From NCBI GenBank assembly GCA_964618625.1, contig CAZUBI010000001.1:254930-318929 (forward strand): 64,000 bases of DNA, read 5' to 3'. Source of the DNA: an uncultured Candidatus Saccharibacteria bacterium. GTDB taxonomy: Bacteria > Patescibacteriota > Minisyncoccia > UBA6257. The notes under the pieces were generated by a model. It was not told where the DNA came from. It made no database searches and saw only the letters and a program-made list of their open reading frames with translations. The position numbers and the translations under genes are program-made. Within the stretch, counting starts at the first letter, position 1. The number at the start of each line of letters is the position of its first letter. Positions 1-10,735 of this stretch are shown in pieces.

Positions 1-160
1 TTTTACTGTTGAGAAAAAGCCCCACCGCTTTTCCTACACTATATTTTATTACATTTTAAATGCTTGTCAACCCACATGCGCAAAAATTATTTGCCTTGTG
101 GATAACTTGTTTCTTTAATTATACCAAAAAAAGTTTTGTCAAGCAATAATAAAGGGTAAT

Positions 161-1324
161 TTAATGCACCAAAAATGTTTGGCAAAGGGCTCCGATAACA
201 AGAGCTGTTATAAAAACTACAATTAAAACTTTATTTAAAGGAACTTGATAAGGCGGCTCTATTTCCCTTTGTTGTTTTGCTTTTTTTAAAACTAAAATAA
301 GCATTATCCCCTCAAGACCGCCTAACATTCCTCCAATAAAAGAAATGAGTTTTACTAAATTTTCTAAATGGAGGCAGTAAAGCAGTAATGGGCCAACAAC
401 TACCAAAAAATAACTTATAAAACGAGACCATTTAAAATCATAAATAAAACTATTCTTAATATAAGAAGCAAAAATTAAATAAGAGGTTGAAACCGCTAAA
501 AAACCAAGTATTGATCCTAATAAAACAATATTATTTCCTAAAATACCTTTTAACCCTTGAATAGCTTCTATTGAAGTTAAGGACCCACTCGCTCCTGATA
601 CTGTTAAAATAAAAATCAAATAACAAAAAGCAGGAATAAGCGTGCCGATAATAATAACCTTTTTTAATTTTTCCTTATTTTCTCCTTTTATTTTTAAAAC
701 TTTTGCCGCCTCAGGAATAGCCACCATTCCATTAAGAGCAAAAAAGACAACACCATAAGGAATTAACCAACCCCATTTATTAGTAAAATCAAAAAAATTT
801 AGATTTTCCGTTTTAAAATGAGGTAAAGCAAAAATGGCAATGATGAAAAATAAAAAAAGTAGGGCAAAAGATAAATAAAAATTAATTTTGGATAATCTTT
901 TACTTTTGCTTAAAATCGCCGAGCTTAACAAGAGCCAAAGAAAAACAACTAAAAATCCCTGCGGAAAAGAAAAATTAATCCAAATAGAACTTAAAATTAC
1001 CCGTAAAAATTGGGAGCCTAAAAGCAGATAAATAAGAAGGGAAAATGAAAAAGTAAAAAAAGTTATTAAAAGAATAAATCTTTTGGCTGAAGAATTTAAA
1101 TAATGCCCGACATATCCGGGCAAACGAAAATCTTGTTTTGTTCTTAAAACTATCTCCCCAAAGGCAAGATGAAGATAAGTAATAATAAAGCTAACAATAA
1201 TTAACCAGATTAATGTTGTGGCTAATCCAGAATGAACAGCCACATAAGGAAGCGTAAAAACACCAGCTCCAATAATTGTTCCAATTAAAACAGCAATAGC
1301 TTCAGGCACGACTAATTTTTTCAT
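161..1324 (-). CDS. Aromatic amino acid permease family transporter
   Basis: 387 aa, many hydrophobic segments, N-terminal GTIIGAGVFTLPY motif of Trp/Tyr permease-like transporters. Confidence 0.8.
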   Translation of the reverse strand: MKKLVVPEAIAVLIGTIIGAGVFTLPYVAVHSGLATTLIWLIIVSFIITYLHLAFGEIVLRTKQDFRLPGYVGHYLNSSAKRFILLITFFTFSFSLLIYLLLGSQFLRVILSSIWINFSFPQGFLVVFLWLLLSSAILSKSKRLSKINFYLSFALLFLFFIIAIFALPHFKTENLNFFDFTNKWGWLIPYGVVFFALNGMVAIPEAAKVLKIKGENKEKLKKVIIIGTLIPAFCYLIFILTVSGASGSLTSIEAIQGLKGILGNNIVLLGSILGFLAVSTSYLIFASYIKNSFIYDFKWSRFISYFLVVVGPLLLYCLHLENLVKLISFIGGMLGGLEGIMLILVLKKAKQQREIEPPYQVPLNKVLIVVFITALVIGALCQTFLVH

Positions 1325-1325
1325 A

Positions 1326-1577
1326 CTAAACTACTAAATAAACCTCATCGCCTTCCCTCACTTTTTCATCAACTTTTACTCCAATTGCATCTCCTTTTTT
1401 CGCTTTTTCCACATTCTCATGCTCAATCTGAATTGAAGAAATATCTTGTTCAAAATCAGTGCCATGCCCTTTAATATGAACTCTATCTCCTACTTTGAGT
1501 GCGCGAGAAAGTTCAACAATGGCAACACTAATTTTTCCAAAATAATGAGTGATTTTTCCGATAAGTTTTTCCTCCAT
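1326..1577 (-). CDS. Small beta-barrel 'translation elongation factor-like' protein (resembles U32 peptidase C-terminal domain)
   Basis: IGKITHYFGKISVA...LKVGD.VHIKG...SIQIEH.NVEKAKKGD.IGVKV..KVREGDEVY pattern. Confidence 0.7.
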   Translation of the reverse strand: MEEKLIGKITHYFGKISVAIVELSRALKVGDRVHIKGHGTDFEQDISSIQIEHENVEKAKKGDAIGVKVDEKVREGDEVYLVV

Positions 1578-1605
1578 AATAATTAAATAATTAATTTTTC
1601 GACCT

Positions 1606-4557
1606 TTATCCTTTTATGACTGCCAAAGGTTTTAATTGGACTATTTTTTTAGCTAACCCGGCTTGATGAACTACTTCTACTACTTCATCAACATCTTTAT
1701 AGGCCAAAGGGGCTTCTTCAGCCAAATCAGAAAGAGATCCTGACTTAACTATTATACCTTTTTTAGCAAGTTGTTGTAAAACTTCTCTACTGCTTGTTTC
1801 TCTTTTTGCTTCATGACGGGACATTGTCCTTCCAGCACCATGACAAACAGTATAAAAAGCTTCTTTTGATTTTTCAGTACCCATTAAAATATAGGAGGCT
1901 GTTCCCATTGTGCCGGGAATTAACACTGGCTGATCGGGAAAAGCCCTTGTTGCCCCTTTACGATGAACGATTAATTTTATCATCTCTCCATCTACTTCAT
2001 GCTCCTCTATTTTTGCAATATTATGAGCCACATCATAAACCAAGTCCATTGATTCTTCTTTTAGTCCTAGAACTTTTTTCCAAGCATTTCTGATCAAATA
2101 AGTAATCATTTGGCGATTGGACCAGGCAAAGTTTGCTGCTGCTCCCATTGCCAAAAAATATTCTTTTCCCTCAGGAGTAGAAAAAGGAATTGCCGCTAAT
2201 TCTCTGTCGGGGAGAGAAATATTATATTTATTCATTGATTGCATAAAAAGACGGATATAATCTGTTGCCACTTGATGACCTAAACCGCGAGAACCAGTGT
2301 GAATAAGAACTACTACTTGTCCTTTTCTAAGACCCAATTCCTCAGCTAATTTTTCTTCATATACCTCGGTTACTTCCTGAACTTCCACGAAATGATTTCC
2401 GGATCCGAGAGTCCCTACTTGATCCCGTCCTCTTTTTTTGGCTAAATCAGATACAAAACAAGGATCTGCTTTTAAACATCCCCCTGACTCACAATGTTCG
2501 ATATCCTTTTCTGTAGCGTATTCTTTTTCTTTTAAATACTCGATCCCTTTTCCTAAAATTCTGTCCATTTCAGCAATATTAAATTTAAACTTTCCCCCTT
2601 TCCCAAGACCAGAAGGAACAGCATGAAAGATTTCTTCTATTAATTTTTCCAGATAGGGCCTGATTTCTTTTTCAGTATGTTTTGATTTTAATAATCTAAC
2701 TCCACAGTTAGAAACTACAAAATTGTCAGCAATAAAGTTATGGTCAGGGTGATTTACAGTAAAATCATAAACAAAATTTTGATAAGGAATTTTTTCAATC
2801 TTTTCAATTATACCCCAAACTAATCCTTTATCGCCATAAGCATATTTTTCTTTATATTCGTTAAATGATAGAAAATTAAAAGCTACTCGGGGAATTCCTC
2901 GTTTTCTTATAATTCCGTGACTATTTTCTTTAAAGAGAGAATGATAGAGAAATTGAAAACTAATATATTCTGAGACATATTTCTTAATTATTTGAGGAGC
3001 CAATTTTTTAAAATCCCCTCTCTTTCGGTACAACTTTCTTATCTCTCGTCTTGCCCTATCTCTCATTTCTACTATTTTTAATTTTTTCTTTAAATAATTA
3101 GCAGCCAAACAGGCTTTTTTATGTTTGCTTTGATTATATTCATAATTTATAACGCTAAAAAATTTAATGAGGTTTTTACTCTCACCCTTTATTTGTAACC
3201 TTAATCCTACGGTCTTTCCATATTTTCCTTTATATTGATACCCTGGTACTTCTTTAATAGAATAAGTCTGAACGCCAAATTCCTTTAATAGTTTCCCTAT
3301 ATCTTTTAAAAATAATTTGGCATTATTTTTAAATTTTTCAGCTTTTTGCATATTTAACTGAAGAGCGCAAAAGTTATATTTATTAAGAGTTGATGGTGAA
3401 GAAAGCTCCGCTCCAAAAAACGAAGCTAAGAATAATCTTTTTTGCCAAAGAGGACAATTGAATATCCAATTAGGAATTCTATATTTTTGATGGGTTTTCA
3501 AACTATAAGGTGTTCCTAAGGCCACTAATAAAATAGCAAAGGCAGAAGAGCCTATTTTAATACTGTACTCTGTTCTTGAAAATTTATAATTTCTATAAAA
3601 AGTAGTTATGGAGTGGTTTCTTTGCCTTGAATATATTTTTGGTGGCTTAAATCCAATTTTAAAAATATCTTTTTGAATTTCTTTCAAATCTTCCGGGTTA
3701 CCATAGAATTGAACCACTCCTTTTTTATTATTTACAAAACTGATTACCCCATCGCCAAAAATATAACCCATTAGTTTTAAGATAGAAGGAAGAGAAGAAG
3801 AATTATAAGTTAAAGGTAATAAATGACGAGATCTTATTTGATTTAGAATTTGAGATGAAGCATTTCCTTTGTTAGTTTTATTAAATTTCTTTAAATATTC
3901 TTTAAATCGCTTCTCGGCTAAAATAATTTTAGAAGAAGGATGCTGATAGTGAATTCCTTTAAATGGATAAGTTAAAACAAAATCATCTTTATTTAAAAAT
4001 CTTGTTTCTTTCATTCCGTTTTCTGTTTGTATGGGATGTTCTCCAGTAGCTTTAATTTTCTCTCCAGAATCTGTAATTATCCGATAAATAGTAGGGTTAT
4101 TATATCTTTGAAAAAAATGTATTAATGGAGAATCAATAACTGCTTTTTTTCTCAAATCTATAGTCTTTACTTCTTCACTTCCCCAAGACGACTCCATTTC
4201 TTTAATAGAGAGGTAGGCTCCATTTTTAAGTAAAATTTTACTCTCTGGAGAGAGGCAATTGATATCATATCCCACTGAACCAGGAGAAATTATGCCATCA
4301 GGTAGTTTTGTGGCAAAAACTCCGCCAATTGGTGCGCCATAGCCTTCATGAATATCTGGCATAGCTAAAGAATATTTTACAATTCCAGGAAGAGTAGTTA
4401 GATTAACTAATTGACTCAAACTTTTGTCTTTCATTACCTCATCTAACATTTTTTCAGTAATATAAATCCTCGCTGGAACCAGCATATCCCTCCTAAAAGA
4501 TTTTGGGATTTCCCAAAGATAATTATTTAATTTTATTAAATCAGATTTATTAAACAT
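1606..4557 (-). CDS. rtcB: RNA-splicing ligase RtcB precursor containing an intein
   Basis: RtcB motifs MPDIHEGYG, GYDIN/CGVRL, GTLGSGNHF, HTGSRGLGHQ, HRKGAT, HGAGR, EEAPLAYK; 517-aa insertion at DIN|C. Confidence 0.95.
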   Translation of the reverse strand: MFNKSDLIKLNNYLWEIPKSFRRDMLVPARIYITEKMLDEVMKDKSLSQLVNLTTLPGIVKYSLAMPDIHEGYGAPIGGVFATKLPDGIISPGSVGYDINCLSPESKILLKNGAYLSIKEMESSWGSEEVKTIDLRKKAVIDSPLIHFFQRYNNPTIYRIITDSGEKIKATGEHPIQTENGMKETRFLNKDDFVLTYPFKGIHYQHPSSKIILAEKRFKEYLKKFNKTNKGNASSQILNQIRSRHLLPLTYNSSSLPSILKLMGYIFGDGVISFVNNKKGVVQFYGNPEDLKEIQKDIFKIGFKPPKIYSRQRNHSITTFYRNYKFSRTEYSIKIGSSAFAILLVALGTPYSLKTHQKYRIPNWIFNCPLWQKRLFLASFFGAELSSPSTLNKYNFCALQLNMQKAEKFKNNAKLFLKDIGKLLKEFGVQTYSIKEVPGYQYKGKYGKTVGLRLQIKGESKNLIKFFSVINYEYNQSKHKKACLAANYLKKKLKIVEMRDRARREIRKLYRKRGDFKKLAPQIIKKYVSEYISFQFLYHSLFKENSHGIIRKRGIPRVAFNFLSFNEYKEKYAYGDKGLVWGIIEKIEKIPYQNFVYDFTVNHPDHNFIADNFVVSNCGVRLLKSKHTEKEIRPYLEKLIEEIFHAVPSGLGKGGKFKFNIAEMDRILGKGIEYLKEKEYATEKDIEHCESGGCLKADPCFVSDLAKKRGRDQVGTLGSGNHFVEVQEVTEVYEEKLAEELGLRKGQVVVLIHTGSRGLGHQVATDYIRLFMQSMNKYNISLPDRELAAIPFSTPEGKEYFLAMGAAANFAWSNRQMITYLIRNAWKKVLGLKEESMDLVYDVAHNIAKIEEHEVDGEMIKLIVHRKGATRAFPDQPVLIPGTMGTASYILMGTEKSKEAFYTVCHGAGRTMSRHEAKRETSSREVLQQLAKKGIIVKSGSLSDLAEEAPLAYKDVDEVVEVVHQAGLAKKIVQLKPLAVIKG
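2707..4257 (-). mobile_element. Intein with LAGLIDADG homing endonuclease, in rtcB
   Basis: Starts CLSPESKI, block B TGEHPI, endonuclease motifs LMGYIFGDG and FLASFFGAE, ends VYDFTV..HNFIADNFVVSN followed by C+1. Confidence 0.93.
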
Positions 4558-4562
4558 AAAAT

Positions 4563-4976
4563 TTAGATGTCAAAAAGAATTATTGCCTTCCAATCACCAT
4601 TTTTGTCTTGATTGATATTTAATTGATGATAAGTTGCGGCTTTTATTTCTTTAGAAAATTCTTTCACATTTCTGCCTTCTATTATTCCTTTTATAGAATT
4701 ATCTGTTAATTTTTCTATTTTTACCTTGTCAAAAATGCAATTATAAATATCTGATTTTGCTAAAACTTCATTTAAAAAATCCACCAAGAGCGCGTTGATA
4801 TCCAAAGAATGAATTTCTATTTGTTCTTTCTTCAAAACACTCTTTTGAAAAACATTTGGCTCAATAATATAAGTCATTCCTTCCAAAGCCCCTCTAAAAA
4901 TATCTTCTTTGCAAGAGGCTGTTATTTCTAATCTAATATCTGCTGGATGAGATAAAACCTTGTATTTATAACTCAT
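4563..4976 (-). CDS. Archease (RtcB cofactor)
   Basis: HPADI N-terminal motif, EIKAATYH, C-terminal FDI; directly upstream of rtcB. Confidence 0.92.
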   Translation of the reverse strand: MSYKYKVLSHPADIRLEITASCKEDIFRGALEGMTYIIEPNVFQKSVLKKEQIEIHSLDINALLVDFLNEVLAKSDIYNCIFDKVKIEKLTDNSIKGIIEGRNVKEFSKEIKAATYHQLNINQDKNGDWKAIILFDI

Positions 4977-5075
4977 TATAATAATATTTTACTAGAAAGT
5001 ATTGAACAAAACAATCTATCAAAAAACGGCTAAGATATTATCTTGACCGTCTATTTATAATTCATTAAATAAGAA

Positions 5076-5336
5076 TTATTTCTTTACCACCTTTTTTGCT
5101 AATCTAGATTTATCTCTCGCTGCTTTATTTTTCTTTATCAAATTCACTTTTGCGGCTTTATCTAAAAGTTTATATGCTTTTGGGAGCATTTTTTTAGCTT
5201 CTTCGATTTTGCCATTCTCAATAAGTTTTAAAAAATCTTTCTTTGTTTTTTTTAAAACAATCTTTTTCTGTAAATTAGCTTTTCTTTTTTTAGAGCTCTC
5301 TTTAAGAGCTCTTTTTGCTGAACTTGTAATAGGCAT
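5076..5336 (-). CDS. rpsT: 30S ribosomal protein S20
   Basis: MPITSSAKRAL...LDKAAK..IKKNKAARDKSRL. Confidence 0.95.
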   Translation of the reverse strand: MPITSSAKRALKESSKKRKANLQKKIVLKKTKKDFLKLIENGKIEEAKKMLPKAYKLLDKAAKVNLIKKNKAARDKSRLAKKVVKK

Positions 5337-5365
5337 AAAAGAATAAATCTTTATTGTGATTTAAT

Positions 5366-6313
5366 TTAACATCTTTGCTTGGAAAAATCAACCAAAAACA
5401 TCTCTAAAGCAACTTGCCCATCAATATTTCCTCTCTTTATTTTTCTGTCATAATAAAGAAGGCGTTGAAATATGGACTTAAGCGTTTCCAAGGGAATAAT
5501 TTTTGCCAAAGGATGTAATTTTTGAAAAACATAAGGGTGCATTGAAGGCGGTTTTGCTTGTAGACTTTTTATTATCAAAAGATTGCGAAATTGAAAAATA
5601 ATCATTTTTAAAATATATAAAGGATGTATTCCCTGATTCATTAATGTCTCTAAAAACCAAAAGGCTTTTTTCATATTACCTTCAACCAAATTATCCAAAA
5701 AAGAAAAAATATTACTGTTTAAAGGTAAAAATAAATTTTCTTCTATTAACTCTTTGCTGATCAAGCCCTTTTTTATCAAAGCTAATTTTTCTAAAGAGTA
5801 GTAAATTGAACCTGTGTCAGAAGGAAAACTTACTAATATTAACTGGCGACCTTCAGAAGTTAATTTTAAACCCATTTTTTGCTCTTCTTCTATTATCCAA
5901 CTCTCTAATCCTTTTTTCTTTAATAATGAAAATTCTTTTACTCCTTTAGCTTTTTGTTCCAACCATTTCCGTAAGGAACTACTACGAACAGTATTATCCT
6001 CATAAAATATAACCATTATATCTTTAGCTTCGTCTATTTTTCTGTTCTTTAAAACAGCTAACAATTCTTTTCGAAATTCAATATTGGTATTTTTAAACAA
6101 ATTCTTTATTGCCACTAATTTACTGCCAGAAAATAAAGTATTGCTTTTTAATATGTCCTCTAATGCGGAAATATCAAATGAAGCAGAAAGTTTGTCTGAA
6201 AAATCACACGAAAAAAACGGGGTGTTTTTATTTTTATCATAATAAAAATCCCTTACTTCAAAAAAATATTTATGCGAACGAAAATTATCTTCCCCAAAAA
6301 TAAAATACAACAT
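5366..6313 (-). CDS. holA: DNA polymerase III delta subunit
   Basis: LYFIFGED start, LFS..KLV, C-terminal D.KIKRG; usual holA-rpsT linkage. Confidence 0.85.
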   Translation of the reverse strand: MLYFIFGEDNFRSHKYFFEVRDFYYDKNKNTPFFSCDFSDKLSASFDISALEDILKSNTLFSGSKLVAIKNLFKNTNIEFRKELLAVLKNRKIDEAKDIMVIFYEDNTVRSSSLRKWLEQKAKGVKEFSLLKKKGLESWIIEEEQKMGLKLTSEGRQLILVSFPSDTGSIYYSLEKLALIKKGLISKELIEENLFLPLNSNIFSFLDNLVEGNMKKAFWFLETLMNQGIHPLYILKMIIFQFRNLLIIKSLQAKPPSMHPYVFQKLHPLAKIIPLETLKSIFQRLLYYDRKIKRGNIDGQVALEMFLVDFSKQRC

Positions 6314-6315
6314 AA

Positions 6316-7632
6316 TTATTGAGATGGTATGTAGTCAGGGTCTATTGGCAAGGAAAAGGTAAAAATAGATCCTCTGCCTATTGCAGATTTGGCCCAAATT
6401 TTTCCTCCATGCCTATCAATCATATTCTTGGCTAAATACAAACCTAATCCGATTCCACCTGTTTGTCCTTTTAATGCCGCTTTGGATCTGAAAAACTTAG
6501 TGAATAATCTTGATAAATCTTCTCTGGAAATCCCAGTGCCTGTATCCTCAACTGAAATAAGTATAAACGGCTTTCCTTCAAAAGGATCTATTCTTATTCT
6601 AACATCCCCATTTTTTACATTATACTTAATCGCATTATCAACCAAGATTTCCAAAACCAATTTAATTCGCAATGGATCCATTACAAATGGCTTGAGTGAA
6701 AATTCTGGCCTGTGAAAAACTAACTTAACATCATCCATCTTTGCCACTGGTTCAAATTTGATTAAAACATTCTCTATAATTTTTTCTATGTCTGCCATAG
6801 AAAATTGAAAACCAAACCGTCCTTCTTCAATCTGCGCAACATTCAAAAGATCTTCCACGGTTTTTAAACTTTCTTTCATAGCCTTTCTTCCATCATCTAT
6901 AAGTTTTTCCTGCTCTAATGTTAAAGAACCCATTTCCTTTTTGGCAAGAATTTCTAATATCCATGATAAGCCAGAGAGAGGAGTTCGCAGTTGGTGAGCC
7001 ACTATCGTGATAAAATCGGATTGGGTTTTTTTTAATACTTCTTCTTTGGTTAAATCATGAATAATTCTCAAAAAACCATAGGTTTCCCCTTTTTCATCCA
7101 TAACTTTTGTCGTTATTATTTCCAAAATAAGTTCTTTTGGCTGATAAAATTTTACTTTTATTTTTCCTGGATAAGTATCTGTAGATTTTTCCAAAACAAC
7201 TGGAGCCAAGCTTGGAAAAATTAATTTAGACAAAAGCCCATAACGGGCGTCATTACTTAATTCAGGTGTAATATTTTTTCCCAGAAGCTCCTTTTTTGAT
7301 ATACCAAGAAATTCCTCCATAGCTTTATTAACTAAAATAATCTCAAAATTCTCAGTATAAGAAATAGCAGGATCATTAATACTGCCTATCATTGCGTTTA
7401 TCTGATTTCTTTCTAAATCCAAACGGCTAGCTGTATCAACCGCACCTAAAAGAATAACTGTTATTATTAAATAAAAAATTACTAGGGCAATATTAATAAG
7501 CCAATTTAAAGGCCAAATAATCCAAAGCACATTGAAAACAATCTGCGCTATAATCAAACCGCCCAAAAACCAGAAGGGCAATAATTGCGGCGAAGAAGAA
7601 TGTTTTTTTAGGTTTTGAAAAAAGTTAAACAT
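6316..7632 (-). CDS. Membrane PAS-domain sensor histidine kinase
   Basis: Two N-terminal TM segments, H-box AHQLRTPL, N-box LVDNAIKY, G boxes DTGTGI and GIGLGL. Confidence 0.92.
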   Translation of the reverse strand: MFNFFQNLKKHSSSPQLLPFWFLGGLIIAQIVFNVLWIIWPLNWLINIALVIFYLIITVILLGAVDTASRLDLERNQINAMIGSINDPAISYTENFEIILVNKAMEEFLGISKKELLGKNITPELSNDARYGLLSKLIFPSLAPVVLEKSTDTYPGKIKVKFYQPKELILEIITTKVMDEKGETYGFLRIIHDLTKEEVLKKTQSDFITIVAHQLRTPLSGLSWILEILAKKEMGSLTLEQEKLIDDGRKAMKESLKTVEDLLNVAQIEEGRFGFQFSMADIEKIIENVLIKFEPVAKMDDVKLVFHRPEFSLKPFVMDPLRIKLVLEILVDNAIKYNVKNGDVRIRIDPFEGKPFILISVEDTGTGISREDLSRLFTKFFRSKAALKGQTGGIGLGLYLAKNMIDRHGGKIWAKSAIGRGSIFTFSLPIDPDYIPSQ

Positions 7633-7642
7633 ATATACAAAA

Positions 7643-10234
7643 TTATTTCATTTCCCCCCATTTATCTCCAATTCTTATATCTGCTTTTAAAGGCACTTTT
7701 AATTTAACCGCGTTTTCCATTATATTTTTAAAAAGTGGAGCTACTTCCTTTATTATCTCAGATTTTGCCTCCAGTATCAATTCATCATGAATCTGAATTA
7801 AAGTTTTTATATCATCTTCTATATGCTTGTTCTTAATAAGTTCTTGAATCTTTATCATTGCTATTTTAATAATATCTGCAGCTAATCCCTGAATAGGCAT
7901 ATTAAGGGCAATCCTTTCTTGTCCACGAGCTATGCGCCCAAAACCGCCTAACAATGGAAGAAACCTTTTTCTGCCGAAAATCGTCTCTGCATAACCCAAT
8001 TTTTTGGCATTTTCTAAAGAAAAATCAAGATAATTTTTAAGGCCTGAAAAATTAGAAAAATATTTTTCCCTAAAGCTCTTGGCTTCATCCAAAGAAATAC
8101 CTGCTTCCTGAGCAAATGTTTTATTGCCCATTCCGTAAATAATCCCAAAATTCAAAATCTTTGCCTTTTGTCTCATAGAAGGAGTAACTTGTTCATCAGA
8201 AATATTATGAATATAAGCAGCTGTGATTTTATGAATATCTTTACCTTGATTAAACGCCTCAATCATTCTAATATCCCCAGAAAGATGGGCTGCCAATCTT
8301 AATTCTATTTGGGAATAGTCTAATGAAACTAAAGAAAAGAATTCTTCAGAAATAAAAGCTTTCCTAATTTGTGTCCCCCAATCGCCTTTTTGGGGAATGT
8401 TTTGTAAATTAGGTTTTTCTGATGATAAGCGCCCTGTAGCTGTTCCTGTTTGTTTCCAAATTGTATGAATCCTGTTTGTTTTTGGATTAATAAACGAGGG
8501 AAGCGTATCAAGAAAAGAATTTTTTAATTTTTTTATTCCACGATATTTAATAATTAAAGGAATAATTCGATGGCTGCTTCTAATCTTTAATAACTCATTG
8601 GCATTAGTAGAAATTTTCTTGGTAGTGGTCTTTTTTAAATCTGATGAGGAAATTTTTAAGTCTTCAAATAAAATCTCGGACAACTGCTTTGGAGAACTGA
8701 TATTAAATTCTTTACCGGATAATTTATAGATTTTTTTTTCTAAAGTATTTATTTCTTTTTCCGCCTGTTTGGTTAATTTTTCCAACCAATTTTTATCTAT
8801 TAAAATACCATGTTTTTCCATTGAAGAAATCACGGAAATCAGAGGTTTTTCTTCTGTCTCCCAAACATTTTCTAATCCCAATGCTGTTATTTTATTTTTA
8901 ATAATTTCCCATAATGGAATCAACTTAGACAGAGAGCCTGCAAAAGAATCATCAATTTCCTGCCCGAGAAAAAATTTCGCAATAGAAGAAAATTCATAAT
9001 TTTTTCTTTCTGAATCTAATAGCCATACTAATATTTTTATATCTTCAAATAAACAACCAGAAAACTCTTCAATTTCCTCTAAAATAATCTTGGCATCATA
9101 ACTTATTAAATTCTTTTGAGACCAGTCTAATTGTTCCTTAAAAAAATCAACAAATTGGTGATTTGGAATATAGAACAAAGTATTATCTATAAAACTAAAT
9201 CCAATCCCATTAATTTCTCTCTGCCCAAATTTTTCACCTTTAAAATCTAAAAGTAATCCGATTGTTTGTTCCTGATTAATTTTTTGTTTCAATTTTTTTA
9301 TGTCTAAAGAGGTATTAATCATATTCAAAGAAATCTTTTCTGCAGGAGAAATATTTTCTTCAATATCAAATATCTTTGAAATTAAACTTCTAAAACCCAA
9401 TTCGCTTAACAAAGAAACTAATTTATCTTTTGGAGGAGGATTAAGTTTGGCTTTCTCTAGATCAAATTTTATTTTTATGTCCTTCTGAATTGTTACCAAA
9501 TGACGGCTAAAATAAGCCTGATCTTCATAATTCTTTAATTTTTCCAAAATCCTCGGGGAAACTTTAATTTTTTCTCCATCTTTTATCTTTTTATAAAGAT
9601 TATCCAATGTCCCAAATTCTTTTATTAATGTAGTTGCTGTTTTCTCGCCTATTGAAGGCACTCCTGGAACATTGTCTGAAGGATCGCCTCTTAACGCCTT
9701 CCAATCTATTAATTGTTCCGGTTTTAACTCAAATCTCTCAAAAACTTTTTCTTTATCATAAGTTACTTGATCTTGAATGCCGCGACGGAGCGTATAAACA
9801 AACACTTTGTCACTAATCAATTGCAGTGTATCCAAATCTCCTGTAACAATAAAAGATTGAACGTTTTTATTCTTCAATTTCTCAGTTATAGTTCCAATAA
9901 TATCATCTGCTTCATAACCTTCTTCCTCCAAAATCGGAATATTAAACGCTTGTAAAAGATTTTTTACTATTTGAATCTGTTCATAAAAATTATCCGGCAT
10001 TTTTACCCTCTGAGCTTTATATTCTTTATATTCTTTATGGCGGAAAGTCGGAGCTGCCATATCAAAAGTCGCCACAATATAATCTGGCTTTAAATCATTA
10101 ATCATCTTCAAAAAGAACAGCATAAATCCATAAACGCCATTAACTAAAACACCCTTTGGTGAAGTTAAGGGCGGAAGAGCGTGATAAGAACGATGTATTA
10201 AAGCATAAGAATCAATAACAACTAACTTTTTCAT
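7643..10234 (-). CDS. polA: DNA polymerase I
   Basis: 5'-3' exonuclease (YEADDIIGT, GDPSDNVPGV) and Pol A motifs DYSQIELR, AKILNFGIIYG, QIHDEL. Confidence 0.97.
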   Translation of the reverse strand: MKKLVVIDSYALIHRSYHALPPLTSPKGVLVNGVYGFMLFFLKMINDLKPDYIVATFDMAAPTFRHKEYKEYKAQRVKMPDNFYEQIQIVKNLLQAFNIPILEEEGYEADDIIGTITEKLKNKNVQSFIVTGDLDTLQLISDKVFVYTLRRGIQDQVTYDKEKVFERFELKPEQLIDWKALRGDPSDNVPGVPSIGEKTATTLIKEFGTLDNLYKKIKDGEKIKVSPRILEKLKNYEDQAYFSRHLVTIQKDIKIKFDLEKAKLNPPPKDKLVSLLSELGFRSLISKIFDIEENISPAEKISLNMINTSLDIKKLKQKINQEQTIGLLLDFKGEKFGQREINGIGFSFIDNTLFYIPNHQFVDFFKEQLDWSQKNLISYDAKIILEEIEEFSGCLFEDIKILVWLLDSERKNYEFSSIAKFFLGQEIDDSFAGSLSKLIPLWEIIKNKITALGLENVWETEEKPLISVISSMEKHGILIDKNWLEKLTKQAEKEINTLEKKIYKLSGKEFNISSPKQLSEILFEDLKISSSDLKKTTTKKISTNANELLKIRSSHRIIPLIIKYRGIKKLKNSFLDTLPSFINPKTNRIHTIWKQTGTATGRLSSEKPNLQNIPQKGDWGTQIRKAFISEEFFSLVSLDYSQIELRLAAHLSGDIRMIEAFNQGKDIHKITAAYIHNISDEQVTPSMRQKAKILNFGIIYGMGNKTFAQEAGISLDEAKSFREKYFSNFSGLKNYLDFSLENAKKLGYAETIFGRKRFLPLLGGFGRIARGQERIALNMPIQGLAADIIKIAMIKIQELIKNKHIEDDIKTLIQIHDELILEAKSEIIKEVAPLFKNIMENAVKLKVPLKADIRIGDKWGEMK

Positions 10235-10686
10235 AAATGAAATTCTAATATTCTTGTATTTTCTCCAGTTATTTTAAATTTTATTTTCAAATGACCTTTG
10301 GGAAGAATTTTTTTAATCTTATCTCCCCATTCAATAAAAATTAAATTCTGCGGATTTTTAATAATTCCTGAAAAATCCAATTCTTTAATTTCTTTGGGTT
10401 TTTTAACCCGATAACAATCTAAATGCCATAATGTTTTAAAAAAACGAGTTTTGCAAGGAAAACTTTTCATAATCAGAAAAGTAGGGCTAAAAAGTTTTTC
10501 CTTAAGCTTTAAACCCCTTGCTATTCCTTTAAGAAACTCGGTTTTACCTCCGCCTAAAGGGCCTTCTAAAGAGATAATTAAACCATTTTGTTTTGGGTTA
10601 TATCTCATTAAAACAGCCTGCATAAAAAAAGAGGCAATTTTTTGCGTTTCTTTTGGGCTTTCGCTAATAACTTTTATCTTCATCAT
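10231..10686 (-). CDS. tsaE: tRNA t6A biosynthesis ATPase TsaE
   Basis: GPLGGGKT P-loop, SPTF, HLDCYR, IEW motifs. Confidence 0.93.
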   Translation of the reverse strand: MMKIKVISESPKETQKIASFFMQAVLMRYNPKQNGLIISLEGPLGGGKTEFLKGIARGLKLKEKLFSPTFLIMKSFPCKTRFFKTLWHLDCYRVKKPKEIKELDFSGIIKNPQNLIFIEWGDKIKKILPKGHLKIKFKITGENTRILEFHL

Positions 10687-10735
10687 TTGCTTATTCTTAT
10701 TATAACAACCTCTCGCTATCGCTCAAGAACGTTGA

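Noticed and set aside
97-105. DnaA box (TGTGGATAA) suggesting oriC
   Set aside because: Only one box is visible, there is no dnaA/dnaN nearby, and the window edge hides the context.
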